Assembly: GCA_037441775.1 (NCBI GenBank)
Contig: JBBIRO010000013.1
Location: 1 to 60,692, forward strand
Direction: 5' to 3'
Length of the DNA: 60,692 bases
Origin: Syntrophobacterales bacterium
GTDB lineage: Bacteria; Desulfobacterota; Syntrophia; Syntrophales; CAMTWB01
The translations under genes and the position numbers were made by a program. The notes under the pieces were generated by a model. It was not told where the DNA came from, did no database searches, and saw only the letters and a program-made list of their open reading frames with translations. Shown here piece after piece: positions 28,713 to 38,616 of the stretch. How positions within the stretch are numbered: the stretch's first letter is position 1; the number at the start of each line of letters is the position of its first letter.

Positions 28713-29174
28713 TTGAAAATCATGGAGTTGGTAAATCTTATCGTCACCTGGTTGGTCGCAGTAATCCTGGGAACGATGTCGGTGGTGGTATTTTCACAGG
28801 TGATCTACCGCTATGTACTGGAATCCCCCCTGCCCTGGTCGGAGGAACTGGCCCGCTACCTGATGGTATGGCTGGTATTATTAGGCGCCTCCCTGGGCCT
28901 GCGCTCGAAAGCCCTTATCGGAATGGAGGCACTGATAAACGTTTTTCCCGCGCCGCTGAAAAGATTTTCCGTCGAGGCGGTTTTAGTTTTCTCGCTCATG
29001 TTTCTTGCCGTAGTAATGATTTATGGAATAAAGCTCACCATTATGAATCACGCTCAGGTCTCCCCGGCAATGGGAATTCCCATGTCCTTGCCTTATGCGG
29101 CAATCCCGGTGGGTGCGCTGCTCATGATCGCCAATGCGCTGGTGGTGGCCATAGAAAGGTGGAAAAAAGAGTAG
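28713..29174 (+). CDS. TRAP transporter small permease (DctQ family)
   Basis: 153 aa with 4 TM segments and a 'SEELARYLMVWLVLLG' DctQ-type motif. The start is TTG 28713 or ATG 28722. Confidence 0.85.
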   Translation: MKIMELVNLIVTWLVAVILGTMSVVVFSQVIYRYVLESPLPWSEELARYLMVWLVLLGASLGLRSKALIGMEALINVFPAPLKRFSVEAVLVFSLMFLAVVMIYGIKLTIMNHAQVSPAMGIPMSLPYAAIPVGALLMIANALVVAIERWKKE

Positions 29175-30458
29175 ATGGCGACAACCCTCATCTTGTCTCT
29201 GATAGGTTTTTTCCTAATCAACCTGCCAATTGCCTTCTCCCTGGGGGCGGCGGCAACCCTGACCATAATTCTTCAGGGGCAGGTGCCACCCACTTTAATC
29301 CCCCAGCGGATGTTCGCGGCCATTGATTCCTTTCCCCTGATGGCCATTCCCTTCTTTGTTCTGGCGGGCAACCTGATGGGCTCCGGCGGGATTTCAAAAA
29401 GGCTGATCAATTTTGCCACCTGTCTGATCGGTAAGACGACGGGCGGTCTCGCCGTGGTAACCGTCGCCACCTGCATGTTTTTCGCCGCCATTTCCGGCTC
29501 CAGCGCGGCAACGGCGGCGGCGATAGGAACCATTTTAATTCCGGCAATGGTGCAGCACCGTTATTCAGTAAATTTTGCGGGCGCCACCGTAGCCTCTTCC
29601 GGCGAGCTGGGAGTTATCATCCCGCCCAGCATCCCCATGGTTCTCTTTGGCGTCATGGCCGGCCAGTCCATCGGCACCATCTTTATCGCCGGCTTTCTCC
29701 CGGGAATCATGATCGCGTTAACCCTGATGCTGACCGCCTACATTATTTCCCGGATCAAGGGCTACGCCGGCACAAAAAAGGCCTCCGCCCGGGAAACGTG
29801 GCGGGCATTCAAAGACGCGCTGCTGGCCCTGTTGATGCCGGTTATCATTCTGGGAGGAATATACGGCGGCATCTTTACACCAACTGAAGCGGCGGTAGTG
29901 GCAGTTTTCTACGGATTTTTGGTGGGCAGCATCGTGTATCGCGAGATTAACATCTACAATATCAAAAACATCCTGGTCAATTCAGCCATAACCACCGCCA
30001 CCATAATGATTATCATCTCCACCGCCTCCACCTTCGGTTGGATAATGACCAGGGAGAGGATTCCGATTATGATCGCCGAGACATTTCTGGCGATCACGGC
30101 GAACCCGGCGGTCTTTCTGCTTTTGGTAAATCTCCTGCTCCTTTTTATCGGAACAATCTTTGAAACGTCGGCCGCGTTGATTATTCTAACCCCGCTGCTC
30201 TTTCCCATCGCGGTTCAGCTTGGCGTACACCCCATTCACTTCGGCATGATCATGATCGTCAATCTCGCGGTAGGCATGGTTACGCCTCCTTTGGGGATAA
30301 ACCTTTTTGTCACCTGCAATATCGCCAAAATACGGATCGAGGACATGGCTGGATACCTGCTGCCTTATCTGCTGGTGCTTATCGCCAACATCTTCATAAT
30401 AACATACATCCCGCAGATAACGCTGTGGCTGCCAACTGTTCTGGGGATGTTTGACTAA
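29175..30458 (+). CDS. TRAP transporter large permease (DctM family)
   Basis: 427 aa and polytopic. It starts 1 nt after the dctQ stop. 'AIPFFVLAGNLM' and 'SGSSAATAAAIG' are DctM signatures. Confidence 0.9.
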   Translation: MATTLILSLIGFFLINLPIAFSLGAAATLTIILQGQVPPTLIPQRMFAAIDSFPLMAIPFFVLAGNLMGSGGISKRLINFATCLIGKTTGGLAVVTVATCMFFAAISGSSAATAAAIGTILIPAMVQHRYSVNFAGATVASSGELGVIIPPSIPMVLFGVMAGQSIGTIFIAGFLPGIMIALTLMLTAYIISRIKGYAGTKKASARETWRAFKDALLALLMPVIILGGIYGGIFTPTEAAVVAVFYGFLVGSIVYREINIYNIKNILVNSAITTATIMIIISTASTFGWIMTRERIPIMIAETFLAITANPAVFLLLVNLLLLFIGTIFETSAALIILTPLLFPIAVQLGVHPIHFGMIMIVNLAVGMVTPPLGINLFVTCNIAKIRIEDMAGYLLPYLLVLIANIFIITYIPQITLWLPTVLGMFD

Positions 30459-30466
30459 GGACGTTT

Positions 30467-31726
30467 ATGATCCCTCCCCTTGCCGTTGTGGAGCAGACCC
30501 TGCCGGGTGAGTCAATTTCAGACCTGCCCTTCGCGGTGAACCGGGAACTGTCCCGGATGAATCTGGAAACTAAAATAACCGCCGGTATGACTGTTGCCAT
30601 TACCGCCGGCAGCAGGGGAATTCACCGGATTGATGAGATTATCAGGCAGGTTGTCATCCAGGTCAGGGCCCTGGGAGGGCGGCCTTTTATTGTCCCGGCG
30701 ATGGGCAGCCACGGCGGGGCGACGGCTGTGGGCCAGGTTGAACTTCTGCGGGAGCTGAATGTCACCGCCGAATCAGTGGGAGCGCCCGTCGTCTCTTCCC
30801 TGGAAGTGGTTCAAATCGGCTCAACCGATTGCGGACTGCCCGTTTACATTGACAGCCATGCCGCCCGGGCCGGCGGAATAATCGTCATTGCGCGAATTAA
30901 GCCGCATACGGATTTCAGAAATTACCTCGAAAGCGGCCTCCAGAAGATGCTGGTCGTGGGCCTGGGCAAGCACAAGCAGGCATTGGCGATTCACCGCTTC
31001 GGCGTGGAGGGACTGAAAAAATTCATAAATCCCGCGGCGCGAGTTGTTCTGGAGAAAACCCCGGTTTTAATGGGATTGGCGGTAATTGAAAATGGACGCG
31101 ACCAAACAGCAAAAGTCGTCGCGCTTAAACCTGACGAAATCGAGGAGCAGGAACCCACGCTGCTCAATGAGGCCCGATCATTGCTGCCCAGGCTGCCTTT
31201 TTCCGAGATTGACATTCTGGTAGTGGAAAAACTCGGAAAGGACATCAGCGGCACCGGAATGGACACCAACATCATCGGGCGGGTCGGCATTCCTGGTGTG
31301 GCTGACTTTGGTGACCTCAAGGCGAGATACATTGTTGTTTTGAGGTTAAGCGAGGCGTCCCACGGCAATGCCCTGGGGATTGGATTGGCCGATTTTACCA
31401 CCGAACGGGTCAGAAACGCGATTGATTATCCGGTGATGCGAGAAAACGTCATAACCAGCACTTTCGTTGAACGTGGCAAGATTCCCCTGGCCTTTCCCAG
31501 TGACCGCGCCGCCATCGAGGCCGCCTTGCGCTGCGTCTGGAATTGCGATCCGCTAAGCACCCGGATTGTATTTATTCGTAACACCAGGGATATTGAGCGC
31601 TTTATGGTCAGCTTCAGCCTGCTTGCGGAATTGCAGGATAAGGCGGGGATCAGGGTTTTGACGCCCTCGAGGGAACTTTCTTTCGATGACACCGGGAATC
31701 TCCCGCCGGAGCTGATTCCTTTTTGA
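30467..31726 (+). CDS. divergent LarA N-terminal-domain (DUF2088-like) protein
   Basis: 419 aa. 'MTVAITAGSRGI', 'IVPAMGSHGGAT' and 'ARIKPHTDF...GLGKHKQA' parallel the LarA layout, but the SDxTR motif is absent. Confidence 0.5.
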   Translation: MIPPLAVVEQTLPGESISDLPFAVNRELSRMNLETKITAGMTVAITAGSRGIHRIDEIIRQVVIQVRALGGRPFIVPAMGSHGGATAVGQVELLRELNVTAESVGAPVVSSLEVVQIGSTDCGLPVYIDSHAARAGGIIVIARIKPHTDFRNYLESGLQKMLVVGLGKHKQALAIHRFGVEGLKKFINPAARVVLEKTPVLMGLAVIENGRDQTAKVVALKPDEIEEQEPTLLNEARSLLPRLPFSEIDILVVEKLGKDISGTGMDTNIIGRVGIPGVADFGDLKARYIVVLRLSEASHGNALGIGLADFTTERVRNAIDYPVMRENVITSTFVERGKIPLAFPSDRAAIEAALRCVWNCDPLSTRIVFIRNTRDIERFMVSFSLLAELQDKAGIRVLTPSRELSFDDTGNLPPELIPF

Positions 31727-31729
31727 GCC

Positions 31730-32677
31730 ATGTCCTGCCGCCATCTTCGACATCTGGGGCGCCCTATGGATCGGTTATCAAATCTTTTCAAAAACAGAAA
31801 CTTCATCCTTCTTTTAGCCATTTTTTTCGGTTTTTTGCTGCCTCAGGCGGCAGGTTTAACCAAGCCGCTCGTACTTCCCGCTCTGGCGCTGGTTTTGGCG
31901 CTCTCCACCATGTCCATCAGCAGCAGCAGTATTCTGATTGCTCCCCGGAAACTGCTCTTGCCTGTTGTGGTGGGCATTGCCATGAGTTACCTGGTTTTGG
32001 GTAATTTCATCATTCTGTTGAGCACGGCCCTGATCAAGAATGATACTCTCTGGAAAGGTTTTGTGCTGATGGCCGCCGTTCCGCCCGCTATCGCCATAAT
32101 TCCCTTTTCGCTGATTCTGCGAGGAAATGCTGTATATTCCCTCGTCGGCACGGTCGGGGCTTACCTGGGAGGTTTGTTCTTCCTGCCATTGCTGGTGATC
32201 GCTTTGATCGGTTCCGCCGTAATTAAGACTTATGATCTCATTATGATAGTACTGCAACTGGTGGCGCTGCCGCTGATCCTTTCGCGCCTGCTGATCCTCA
32301 AAGGATGGAATCTGAAGCTCGAACCGCTAAAGGGCCTGATAACGAACTGGTCCTTCTTTCTGGTACTCTACTCTTCGGTGGGAGCTAATCGGGACATCCT
32401 GCAGAATTTCTCCATGACGCTTCTGTCAGTGGCGCTGATCGCCTTTGCCAGCACCTTTCTGCTTGGTTATATAATTGAGCTTGCCGGTCGTTTATTTCAT
32501 ATCGCCAAAGATATCCTGACTAGCGTCGTCCTTTTGGGGACGATGAAAAACTATGGCGTTGCCAGTGGGATTGCCTTGACTTTTTTACCGAAAGAAAGCG
32601 CTCTGCCGGCGACGCTGGGAACGATTTTCATGATTTTGTTTGTTATCTTTCTGGATTTCAGAAATCGCCGCCGCTAG
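31730..32677 (+). CDS. polytopic transporter, bile acid:Na+ symporter (BASS/SBF)-like
   Basis: About 9-10 TM segments, with 'AAVPPAIAIIPFSLILRGNAVYSL' resembling the BASS P...GN motif. The likely start is ATG 31766 (MDRLSNLF). Confidence 0.45.
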   Translation: MSCRHLRHLGRPMDRLSNLFKNRNFILLLAIFFGFLLPQAAGLTKPLVLPALALVLALSTMSISSSSILIAPRKLLLPVVVGIAMSYLVLGNFIILLSTALIKNDTLWKGFVLMAAVPPAIAIIPFSLILRGNAVYSLVGTVGAYLGGLFFLPLLVIALIGSAVIKTYDLIMIVLQLVALPLILSRLLILKGWNLKLEPLKGLITNWSFFLVLYSSVGANRDILQNFSMTLLSVALIAFASTFLLGYIIELAGRLFHIAKDILTSVVLLGTMKNYGVASGIALTFLPKESALPATLGTIFMILFVIFLDFRNRRR

Positions 32678-33946
32678 TTGATGAGGGAAACGATTATGGA
32701 AAAGAGAGGATATCTTCCACATTACGGTTACATTGTTGCCGCAGTGAGCATCCTGGTGGTGCTTGGTTCGCTGGGTCTGGGGCGCTTTTCCTTTACCATG
32801 ATCTATCCCAACATGATGGAAGGTCTCCGGCTTAGCAACACCGAGATGGGATTTATCGCGTCGATCAATTTCCTGGGATACATGATATTTTCGCTGGCCG
32901 GCGGCATCCTGGCCAGCAGATATGGACCAAGGCTCATAATTTCCCTGTCTTTGATGATTGCTGGAATTGCCATGATTTTAACGGGCTTTGCCGGGGGCCT
33001 TGCCCTGGCCATGCTGATGAGGTTCATAACCGGCCTGGGAAGCGGCGGGAGCAATGTGCCGGTAATGGGTCTTATTTCTTCCTGGTTTTCCCCCCGACGC
33101 CGCGGGATGGCGGCGGGGCTGGCCGTTGGCGGATCAGGAATTGGCATTGCCGGCGCCGGCATTATCGTGCCCTTGATAAACAACTCATACCTTCAGGATG
33201 GCTGGCGCTGGAGCTGGCATTTTCTGGGGGGGGCGGTTGTCTTTATCGGGTTGGTTGCTTTTATTTTTCTTAGAAACTCGCCTTCCCAGAAGGGCTTGCA
33301 GCCGGTAGGAGCAACCATAAGCAGCCACGGGCAGGATGCCCAAAAAACCGCCGCTTCACCCTTCACCTGGGGCCTGATCTATCGCAACCGGGAAGTCTGG
33401 CGGCTTGCCTTCTTGTATTTCCTCTTCGGATTTTCCTATATCATCATGGTCAACTTCTTTTCCGTCTATCTCATCCGTGAAGCGGGGCTGGCCGAGAAAA
33501 CCGCCGGCTACCTCTGGTCCATAGCCGGCCTGCTGGGTATTTTCAGCGGCTTTGTCTGGGGAAACATTTCGGACCTGCTGGGCCGCAGAAGGGGTCTGTT
33601 TATGGTCTTTGGGCTTCAGGGAATCTGTTTCGCCATTTTTGCCCTGGGGCAGTCACCCATTTATTACTGGTCAACGGCGATCATCTTTGGGATAACATCT
33701 TTTGCCACTCCGGCGATTATCGCGGCGGCAACCGGCGATCTTGTCGGCGCCCGGCTTGCTCCGGCCGGATTGGGGATGATAACCGTGCTATTTGGTATCG
33801 GTCAAATCATGGGGCCGGCCATGGCAGGCTATCTGGCTGATTTAACCGGAACCTACCGGATCGGTTTTTTTATCGCCGCTCTGGCGGCATTGACCGGAGC
33901 TCTGGGGTCGCTATCCATTAAAACGCTGACGCTGGCCCGGCATTAA
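32678..33946 (+). CDS. MFS transporter
   Basis: 422 aa with 12 TM segments and an MFS loop motif 'GGILASRYGPRL'. Confidence 0.8.
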   Translation: MMRETIMEKRGYLPHYGYIVAAVSILVVLGSLGLGRFSFTMIYPNMMEGLRLSNTEMGFIASINFLGYMIFSLAGGILASRYGPRLIISLSLMIAGIAMILTGFAGGLALAMLMRFITGLGSGGSNVPVMGLISSWFSPRRRGMAAGLAVGGSGIGIAGAGIIVPLINNSYLQDGWRWSWHFLGGAVVFIGLVAFIFLRNSPSQKGLQPVGATISSHGQDAQKTAASPFTWGLIYRNREVWRLAFLYFLFGFSYIIMVNFFSVYLIREAGLAEKTAGYLWSIAGLLGIFSGFVWGNISDLLGRRRGLFMVFGLQGICFAIFALGQSPIYYWSTAIIFGITSFATPAIIAAATGDLVGARLAPAGLGMITVLFGIGQIMGPAMAGYLADLTGTYRIGFFIAALAALTGALGSLSIKTLTLARH

Positions 33947-34102
33947 ACCGGACAACCGCAACAACCCGGATATAGAGCCACAAAACTGATTTATCGCCCT
34001 TTTTTGACTGCCGCCACTCAAAGGGGGAGGGGGCTGTTGATTCTCTGTGAAGCCGTCAAAACTAAATAGCTGAATTTAACAGACAACAAGGAGGGACTGG
34101 CC

Positions 34103-34297
34103 ATGAAATGCAACATTGGAGGAGCCGATCGTATAATCAGGGCGATAATAGGCACGGCAATAGCCGCGGCGGGGATTTACTATGAAAGCTGGTGGGGTCT
34201 GGTCGCCCTCATACCGTTGGTAACGGCGGCGGTATCATTCTGCGGACTCTATGAAATTTTGAAGATATCCACCTGCAAGGTTCATAAAGAGGGCTGA
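34103..34297 (+). CDS. DUF2892 (YgaP-like) small membrane protein
   Basis: 64 aa with an 'NIGGADRIIRAIIG' N-terminus and two TM helices. Confidence 0.7.
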   Translation: MKCNIGGADRIIRAIIGTAIAAAGIYYESWWGLVALIPLVTAAVSFCGLYEILKISTCKVHKEG

Positions 34298-34983
34298 TGA
34301 ACGATCAAATCCCTTCTTATTCCGGCCATCGTCGGCGCCTGAAGGAAAGATACCTGGCGGCGGGCTGCAGCGGCATGCGCAATTACGAGGTGATGGAGCT
34401 CCTGCTTTCCTATGCCATACCCCGGAAGGATGTAAAACCGTTGGCGAAGGAGCTTTTCTCGAGGTATCATAACTTCAAGGGCATACTTGATGCCGATATC
34501 AAGGAACTCGAAAATACGCTTGGACTGGGCGTAAGCTCCGCAATTCTGATCAAGCTCCTTAAGGATATCTCTGTTATTTACTTGGGAGAAAAGGCCAGGC
34601 AGAAGGTGCAAATCAGCAACTCTCGGGAGCTGCTCGATTACTGTAAAGTTGCATGGGGGGGCCTCAAAGACGAGCGGTTCAGCGTGATTTATCTGGATGC
34701 CCAGAACAGAATAATCGATATTGAAACCGTTCAGGAGGGCATTGTAAACCAGGCGGTGGTCTATCCGCGCAAAATACTTGAAGGCGCGCTCTTAAAAAAG
34801 GCCAGCGCTCTTATTCTGGCGCACAACCATCCGTCCGGCGAGGTGCGGCCTTCGGCGGCGGATATCAATTTAACCAAAAGCATCAGGGAGACAGCACGCG
34901 CGTTGAATATTGAGGTCAATGACCATATTATCGTAGGCGAAAACCGGCACTTCAGTTTTCGCGAGGAGGGAATTATCTTCTGA
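34297..34983 (+). CDS. radC: RadC-family JAB-domain protein
   Basis: 228 aa with 'HRRRLKERY', and JAMM motifs 'LILAHNHPSGEVRPSAADI' and 'VNDHIIVG'. Confidence 0.9.
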   Translation: MNDQIPSYSGHRRRLKERYLAAGCSGMRNYEVMELLLSYAIPRKDVKPLAKELFSRYHNFKGILDADIKELENTLGLGVSSAILIKLLKDISVIYLGEKARQKVQISNSRELLDYCKVAWGGLKDERFSVIYLDAQNRIIDIETVQEGIVNQAVVYPRKILEGALLKKASALILAHNHPSGEVRPSAADINLTKSIRETARALNIEVNDHIIVGENRHFSFREEGIIF

Positions 34984-35017
34984 GCGTTAGCTGATCGTCA
35001 CTGGAAACGACAAAAGC

Positions 35018-35090
35018 AAACTCCCGCAAGGTGCGTAAAGGCAGAGCTGCTCCGCCTTCTTTTAGGCCCATATTTTGCGGGAGTTTTTTT
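35018..35090. terminator. bidirectional terminator between radC and the IHF-like gene
   Basis: AAACTCCCGCAA (35018..35029) pairs with TTGCGGGAGTTT (35075..35086). An inner AAGGC/GCCTT stem is present. T7 follows on the plus strand and a T-rich run follows on the minus strand. Confidence 0.5.
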
Positions 35091-35092
35091 CC

Positions 35093-35374
35093 TTACTTCT
35101 TGCCATCCACCATTTCTCTGAGCACTTTGCCAGCCTTAAAAAAAGGCAAACTCTTGGGGGCGACCGCTATTTTCTTGCCGGATTTTGGGTTTCTACCGGT
35201 GTAAGCGCCGTATTTTCGAACAACAAAACTGCCCAAGCCACGGATCTCAATCCGACCGTCATTTTTAAGTTCCTCGGTGAAGATCTTGAAAACGTGATTC
35301 ACGATTTCATCAGAGGCCTTCTCCGAAAGACATTCCTTTTTTCTCAAGGCAGAAATGAGCTCAGACTTATTCAT
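35093..35374 (-). CDS. ihfB: integration host factor beta / HU-family DNA-binding protein
   Basis: 93 aa with 'MNKSELISAL...RIEIRGLGSFVVRKYGAYTGRNPKSGKKIAVAPKSLPFFKAGK', an IHF-beta-like arm. Confidence 0.75.
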   Translation of the reverse strand: MNKSELISALRKKECLSEKASDEIVNHVFKIFTEELKNDGRIEIRGLGSFVVRKYGAYTGRNPKSGKKIAVAPKSLPFFKAGKVLREMVDGKK

Positions 35375-35478
35375 ATGACCCTCCTGTTAAATATAAACAC
35401 TTCTTGCTGCAAAGCAGCCCCTTCTTTGAGTGATTGTTGCGGTTTATCTTCCAATTTTAATTTTATGTCAAGGCATTT

Positions 35479-36198
35479 TTATTCATTGCAAGGTTGCGGC
35501 ATCAGCAGCTCGGCCTTTTTCAAATAGCGGTATCTGCCAACGGGAAGATCTCCCAGCTCCAGGCGGCCAAAGCGAATTCTGATCAGGCGTAAGACAAAAT
35601 AGTTAAATTTTTCAAAGACCCTCCTGATGATCCTGCTGCGGCCCTCGTGGATGGTAATCAAGAGCCATGTGCTTTTTCTGTTTACCTTTTCCACCGTCAT
35701 ATTGAGCGGCTTAAAGGGGCCATCATCCAGCAGGAGGCCATCGGCTATTGCCCTTAGGTCCTTGTCCGCAATGACCCCCCGGAGCTTAACCCGGTAGGTT
35801 CGGGGCACTTGGTAACTGGGATGCATCAATCGGTGAGCCATGGTTCCGTCGTTGGTAAAAAGCAGGAGACCCTCGGAATCGTAGTCCAGCCTGCCTACCG
35901 GGTAAACCCGGTGCTTCACGCCAACCAGGAGATCCGTGACAATAGGCCTCCCTTGAGGATCACTCATGGTAGTTACGTAACCTGCCGGTTTATTGAGCAT
36001 CAGATAGAGGATGGTCTCTTCCCGGGTGACAAGTTTGCCGTCCAGTCTAATTTCGTCCCGGAGCGGATCGGCGACCGTGCCCAGCTTGACAACCACCTCG
36101 TTGTTGAGGGTCACCCGCCCCTCCCGGATAAGGGCTTCCGCCGCCCGCCGGGAGGCAACTCCCGCTTGGGACAATATCTTCTGCAGTCTTTCTCCCAT
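35479..36198 (-). CDS. rluB: 23S rRNA pseudouridine synthase (RluB/RsuA family)
   Basis: 239 aa. An S4 domain 'RLQKILSQAGVASRR' is joined to the catalytic motif 'VGRLDYDSEGLLLFTNDG'. Confidence 0.85.
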   Translation of the reverse strand: MGERLQKILSQAGVASRRAAEALIREGRVTLNNEVVVKLGTVADPLRDEIRLDGKLVTREETILYLMLNKPAGYVTTMSDPQGRPIVTDLLVGVKHRVYPVGRLDYDSEGLLLFTNDGTMAHRLMHPSYQVPRTYRVKLRGVIADKDLRAIADGLLLDDGPFKPLNMTVEKVNRKSTWLLITIHEGRSRIIRRVFEKFNYFVLRLIRIRFGRLELGDLPVGRYRYLKKAELLMPQPCNE

Positions 36199-36221
36199 TT
36201 TCCATCCCTGACGACAAGGGG

Positions 36222-36743
36222 TCAGCCATCAATATCTCTGAGTTCTCTCAAGGTAGGCATTTCCGACAGGTCTTCCAACCCAAAAACTTCGAGGAAACGT
36301 TTAGTTGTCCCATAGATGATGGGTTTTCCGGGAGCATCCTTCCTGCCAAGAATCTTGACCAGTTTTTTTTCCAGAAGAGTTTTAAGAGGAGCCGCGACAT
36401 CCACTCCCCGCAACCTTTCAATTTCCGCCCTGACGATCGGCTGCCGATAGGCCACAATTGCCAGAGTTTCGAGAGCTGCCGGAGTCAAGGACGCCGGCCT
36501 GCAGGATTTGATCTTTTTTACCCAGGGGGCCAGGTCCTCCCTGGTTCTAAACTGATAGCCGCCGGCAATTGTCATAAGGACGATCCCGCGTTCCCGTTGC
36601 CGATAGTCATTATTCAGTGAATCAATTACGCCCGTAATCTCTGCCCTTGTCGCCTCCGGCAGGGCATCTTGAATTTTATCGAACGCCAGGGGCTGGTCAG
36701 AGCTGAAAATCATGGCTTCAATGATGGCCTTGATGTTTTCCAT
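36222..36743 (-). CDS. scpB: segregation and condensation protein B
   Basis: 173 aa with 'IIEAMIFSSDQPL' and 'AALETLAIVAYRQPI'. It lies downstream of scpA. Confidence 0.9.
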   Translation of the reverse strand: MENIKAIIEAMIFSSDQPLAFDKIQDALPEATRAEITGVIDSLNNDYRQRERGIVLMTIAGGYQFRTREDLAPWVKKIKSCRPASLTPAALETLAIVAYRQPIVRAEIERLRGVDVAAPLKTLLEKKLVKILGRKDAPGKPIIYGTTKRFLEVFGLEDLSEMPTLRELRDIDG

Positions 36744-36746
36744 GGG

Positions 36747-37514
36747 CTATGCCGTCGTTGCAAAAATTCTGATTTTACCGAAAGTCTCCGCCTGATATAT
36801 CTTTATCAGCCTCATCTTTGCAAGCTCCAGCAGGGCCAGGAAGGTGTACAAAATCTGTGATTTGCCGATGCCTTGAATCAGGAGCTCATCCATGCTCACT
36901 CCGTCTCGCTTCAATAACAGCGTCAGGACTTCATTCATTTTTGCCGCGAGCGTTATCTTTTCCCGGTCTATCTCCATCACTTCTTTTTTGTCCCAGGAAG
37001 CGGCAATCTTCTTAAATGCTTGCAGCAGATCAAAGAGGCTGACTTCCAGCGCCTCATCTTCAACCGGCAGCGGTAAGTTGTCCTCAATCAAGCAGCCGCG
37101 CTTGAAAACGTCCCGCTCCAGTAAAGGACGCTTATCTAGCTCCAAAAGAGCTTCCTTGAACACCTGATATTCAATCAACTGTTCTACCAGCTCACGGCGC
37201 GGGTCCTCCTCTTCTTCTCCCGGAAGCGGCTCCAGCGGTAAGAGCATCCTGGATTTTATATGTATTAACGTCGCGGCCAAAACCAGATACTCACCGGCCA
37301 GATCGAGGTTCAGCGATTGGAGCTTGTGCAGATATTCAATATATTGCTCAGTGATGATGGTTATTGGTATATTGTAGATGTCAATCTCATTTTTTTTGAT
37401 GAGATATAAAAGCAGATCGAGGGGGCCCTGGAAGATATCGAGCCTGACTTCGTAGCCCGTCGTTATTATTGCGCCGGTGTCGTCTGGTCTCTCTTCTGCG
37501 ATAGTTGTTTCCAT
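36747..37514 (-). CDS. scpA: segregation and condensation protein A
   Basis: 255 aa with 'FQGPLDLLLYLIKKNEIDIYNIPI', a kleisin N-terminus. Confidence 0.9.
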   Translation of the reverse strand: METTIAEERPDDTGAIITTGYEVRLDIFQGPLDLLLYLIKKNEIDIYNIPITIITEQYIEYLHKLQSLNLDLAGEYLVLAATLIHIKSRMLLPLEPLPGEEEEDPRRELVEQLIEYQVFKEALLELDKRPLLERDVFKRGCLIEDNLPLPVEDEALEVSLFDLLQAFKKIAASWDKKEVMEIDREKITLAAKMNEVLTLLLKRDGVSMDELLIQGIGKSQILYTFLALLELAKMRLIKIYQAETFGKIRIFATTA

Positions 37515-37528
37515 CGGAATGTTTTGGT

Positions 37529-38524
37529 TTATTTTGAAATCCGTATGGCGTCTCTTACCGCTGTCATGGTTTCCCCGGCAATAGCCGCGGCCTTCCTGTC
37601 GCCCGCTGCTATCAGATCGCTTATCTCTTCCAGATGTTGCCTATAATAATCCTGGCGCTCATGGACTGGCAAAAGCGCTTCGCCCAGCCGTCGAGCCAGC
37701 GCCTTCTTGCAGTCGGTACAGCCGATGCCCGCGCGGCGGCATTGCTCCGCGATTTCCCTGGTTGTCTCCGACAGCGAATATAGCTCATGAAAAGAAAATA
37801 CGTTGCAGACCTCCGGTCGCCCCGGGTCCTTTCTTCGCATCCGCTGGGGATCGGTAAACATGGAGGCAACCTTGGCGTTCAGTTCATCGCCACGATCTCC
37901 TAAATATATTGAATTATTAAATGATTTGCTCATTTTGCGCCCGTCGATGCCCAGGAGCTTGGGCACGCCGGTAAGCAGGGGATCCGGTATCGGAAAAACA
38001 TCGCCGTAGAGATAGTTGAAGCGGCGGGCGATCTCGCGCGTCAGCTCCACGTGAGGCAACTGATCCACCCCCACCGGGACGCCATTGGCCCGGTAAATGA
38101 TTATATCCGCCGCCTGAAGCACCGGGTAACCCAGAAATCCGAAGGTTCCCAGATCCTTCTCCGTCAGCTCGGCTTCCAGTTCCTTATAGGTGGGATTTCT
38201 CTCCAGCCAGGAAATAGGGGTAATCATGGATAAAAGGACGAAGAGCTCGGCGTGTTCTTTAATAGAAGACTGGATGAAGAGCGTGCTTTTGTTTGGATCA
38301 AGGCCTAAGCTAAGCCAATCAACAAGCATATCCGTCGTATTTTCCCTAAGACTTTGGGTATTGTTGTAATCAGTTGTTAAGGCGTGCCAATCGGCCACAA
38401 AATAAAAGCACTCGTATTGCCCATTATTCTGAAGTTCAATCCAGTTGCCGAGGGCGCCATGAAGATTTCCCAGGTGGAGTTTGCCGGTAGGACGCATCCC
38501 GCTTAAAATTCGCTTCTTCTCCAA
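37529..38524 (-). CDS. trpS: tryptophan--tRNA ligase
   Basis: 'SGMRPTGKLHLGNLHG' (HIGH-like) and 'RKMSKSFNN' (KMSKS). I place the start at TTG 38524 (GGGAGGA RBS 5 nt upstream, 331 aa). The longer track ORF to 38632 has no homology-like N-terminus. Confidence 0.9.
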   Translation of the reverse strand: MEKKRILSGMRPTGKLHLGNLHGALGNWIELQNNGQYECFYFVADWHALTTDYNNTQSLRENTTDMLVDWLSLGLDPNKSTLFIQSSIKEHAELFVLLSMITPISWLERNPTYKELEAELTEKDLGTFGFLGYPVLQAADIIIYRANGVPVGVDQLPHVELTREIARRFNYLYGDVFPIPDPLLTGVPKLLGIDGRKMSKSFNNSIYLGDRGDELNAKVASMFTDPQRMRRKDPGRPEVCNVFSFHELYSLSETTREIAEQCRRAGIGCTDCKKALARRLGEALLPVHERQDYYRQHLEEISDLIAAGDRKAAAIAGETMTAVRDAIRISK

Positions 38525-38587
38525 ATATATCCTCCCGCCGCCTTGTTTTCCTGGAAAAGCGGCTGTTTTTAGTAATTTTACGGGTGG

Positions 38588-38616
38588 GCTATAGCAAAAA
38601 GCATATCCGCCGTCAA
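38588..38616 (-). promoter_or_regulatory. candidate sigma70 promoter for trpS (TTGACG-N17-TATAGC on the minus strand)
   Basis: The -35 element is at 38616..38611 and the -10 element at 38593..38588. This is about 64 nt upstream of the TTG start. Motif match only. Confidence 0.4.
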
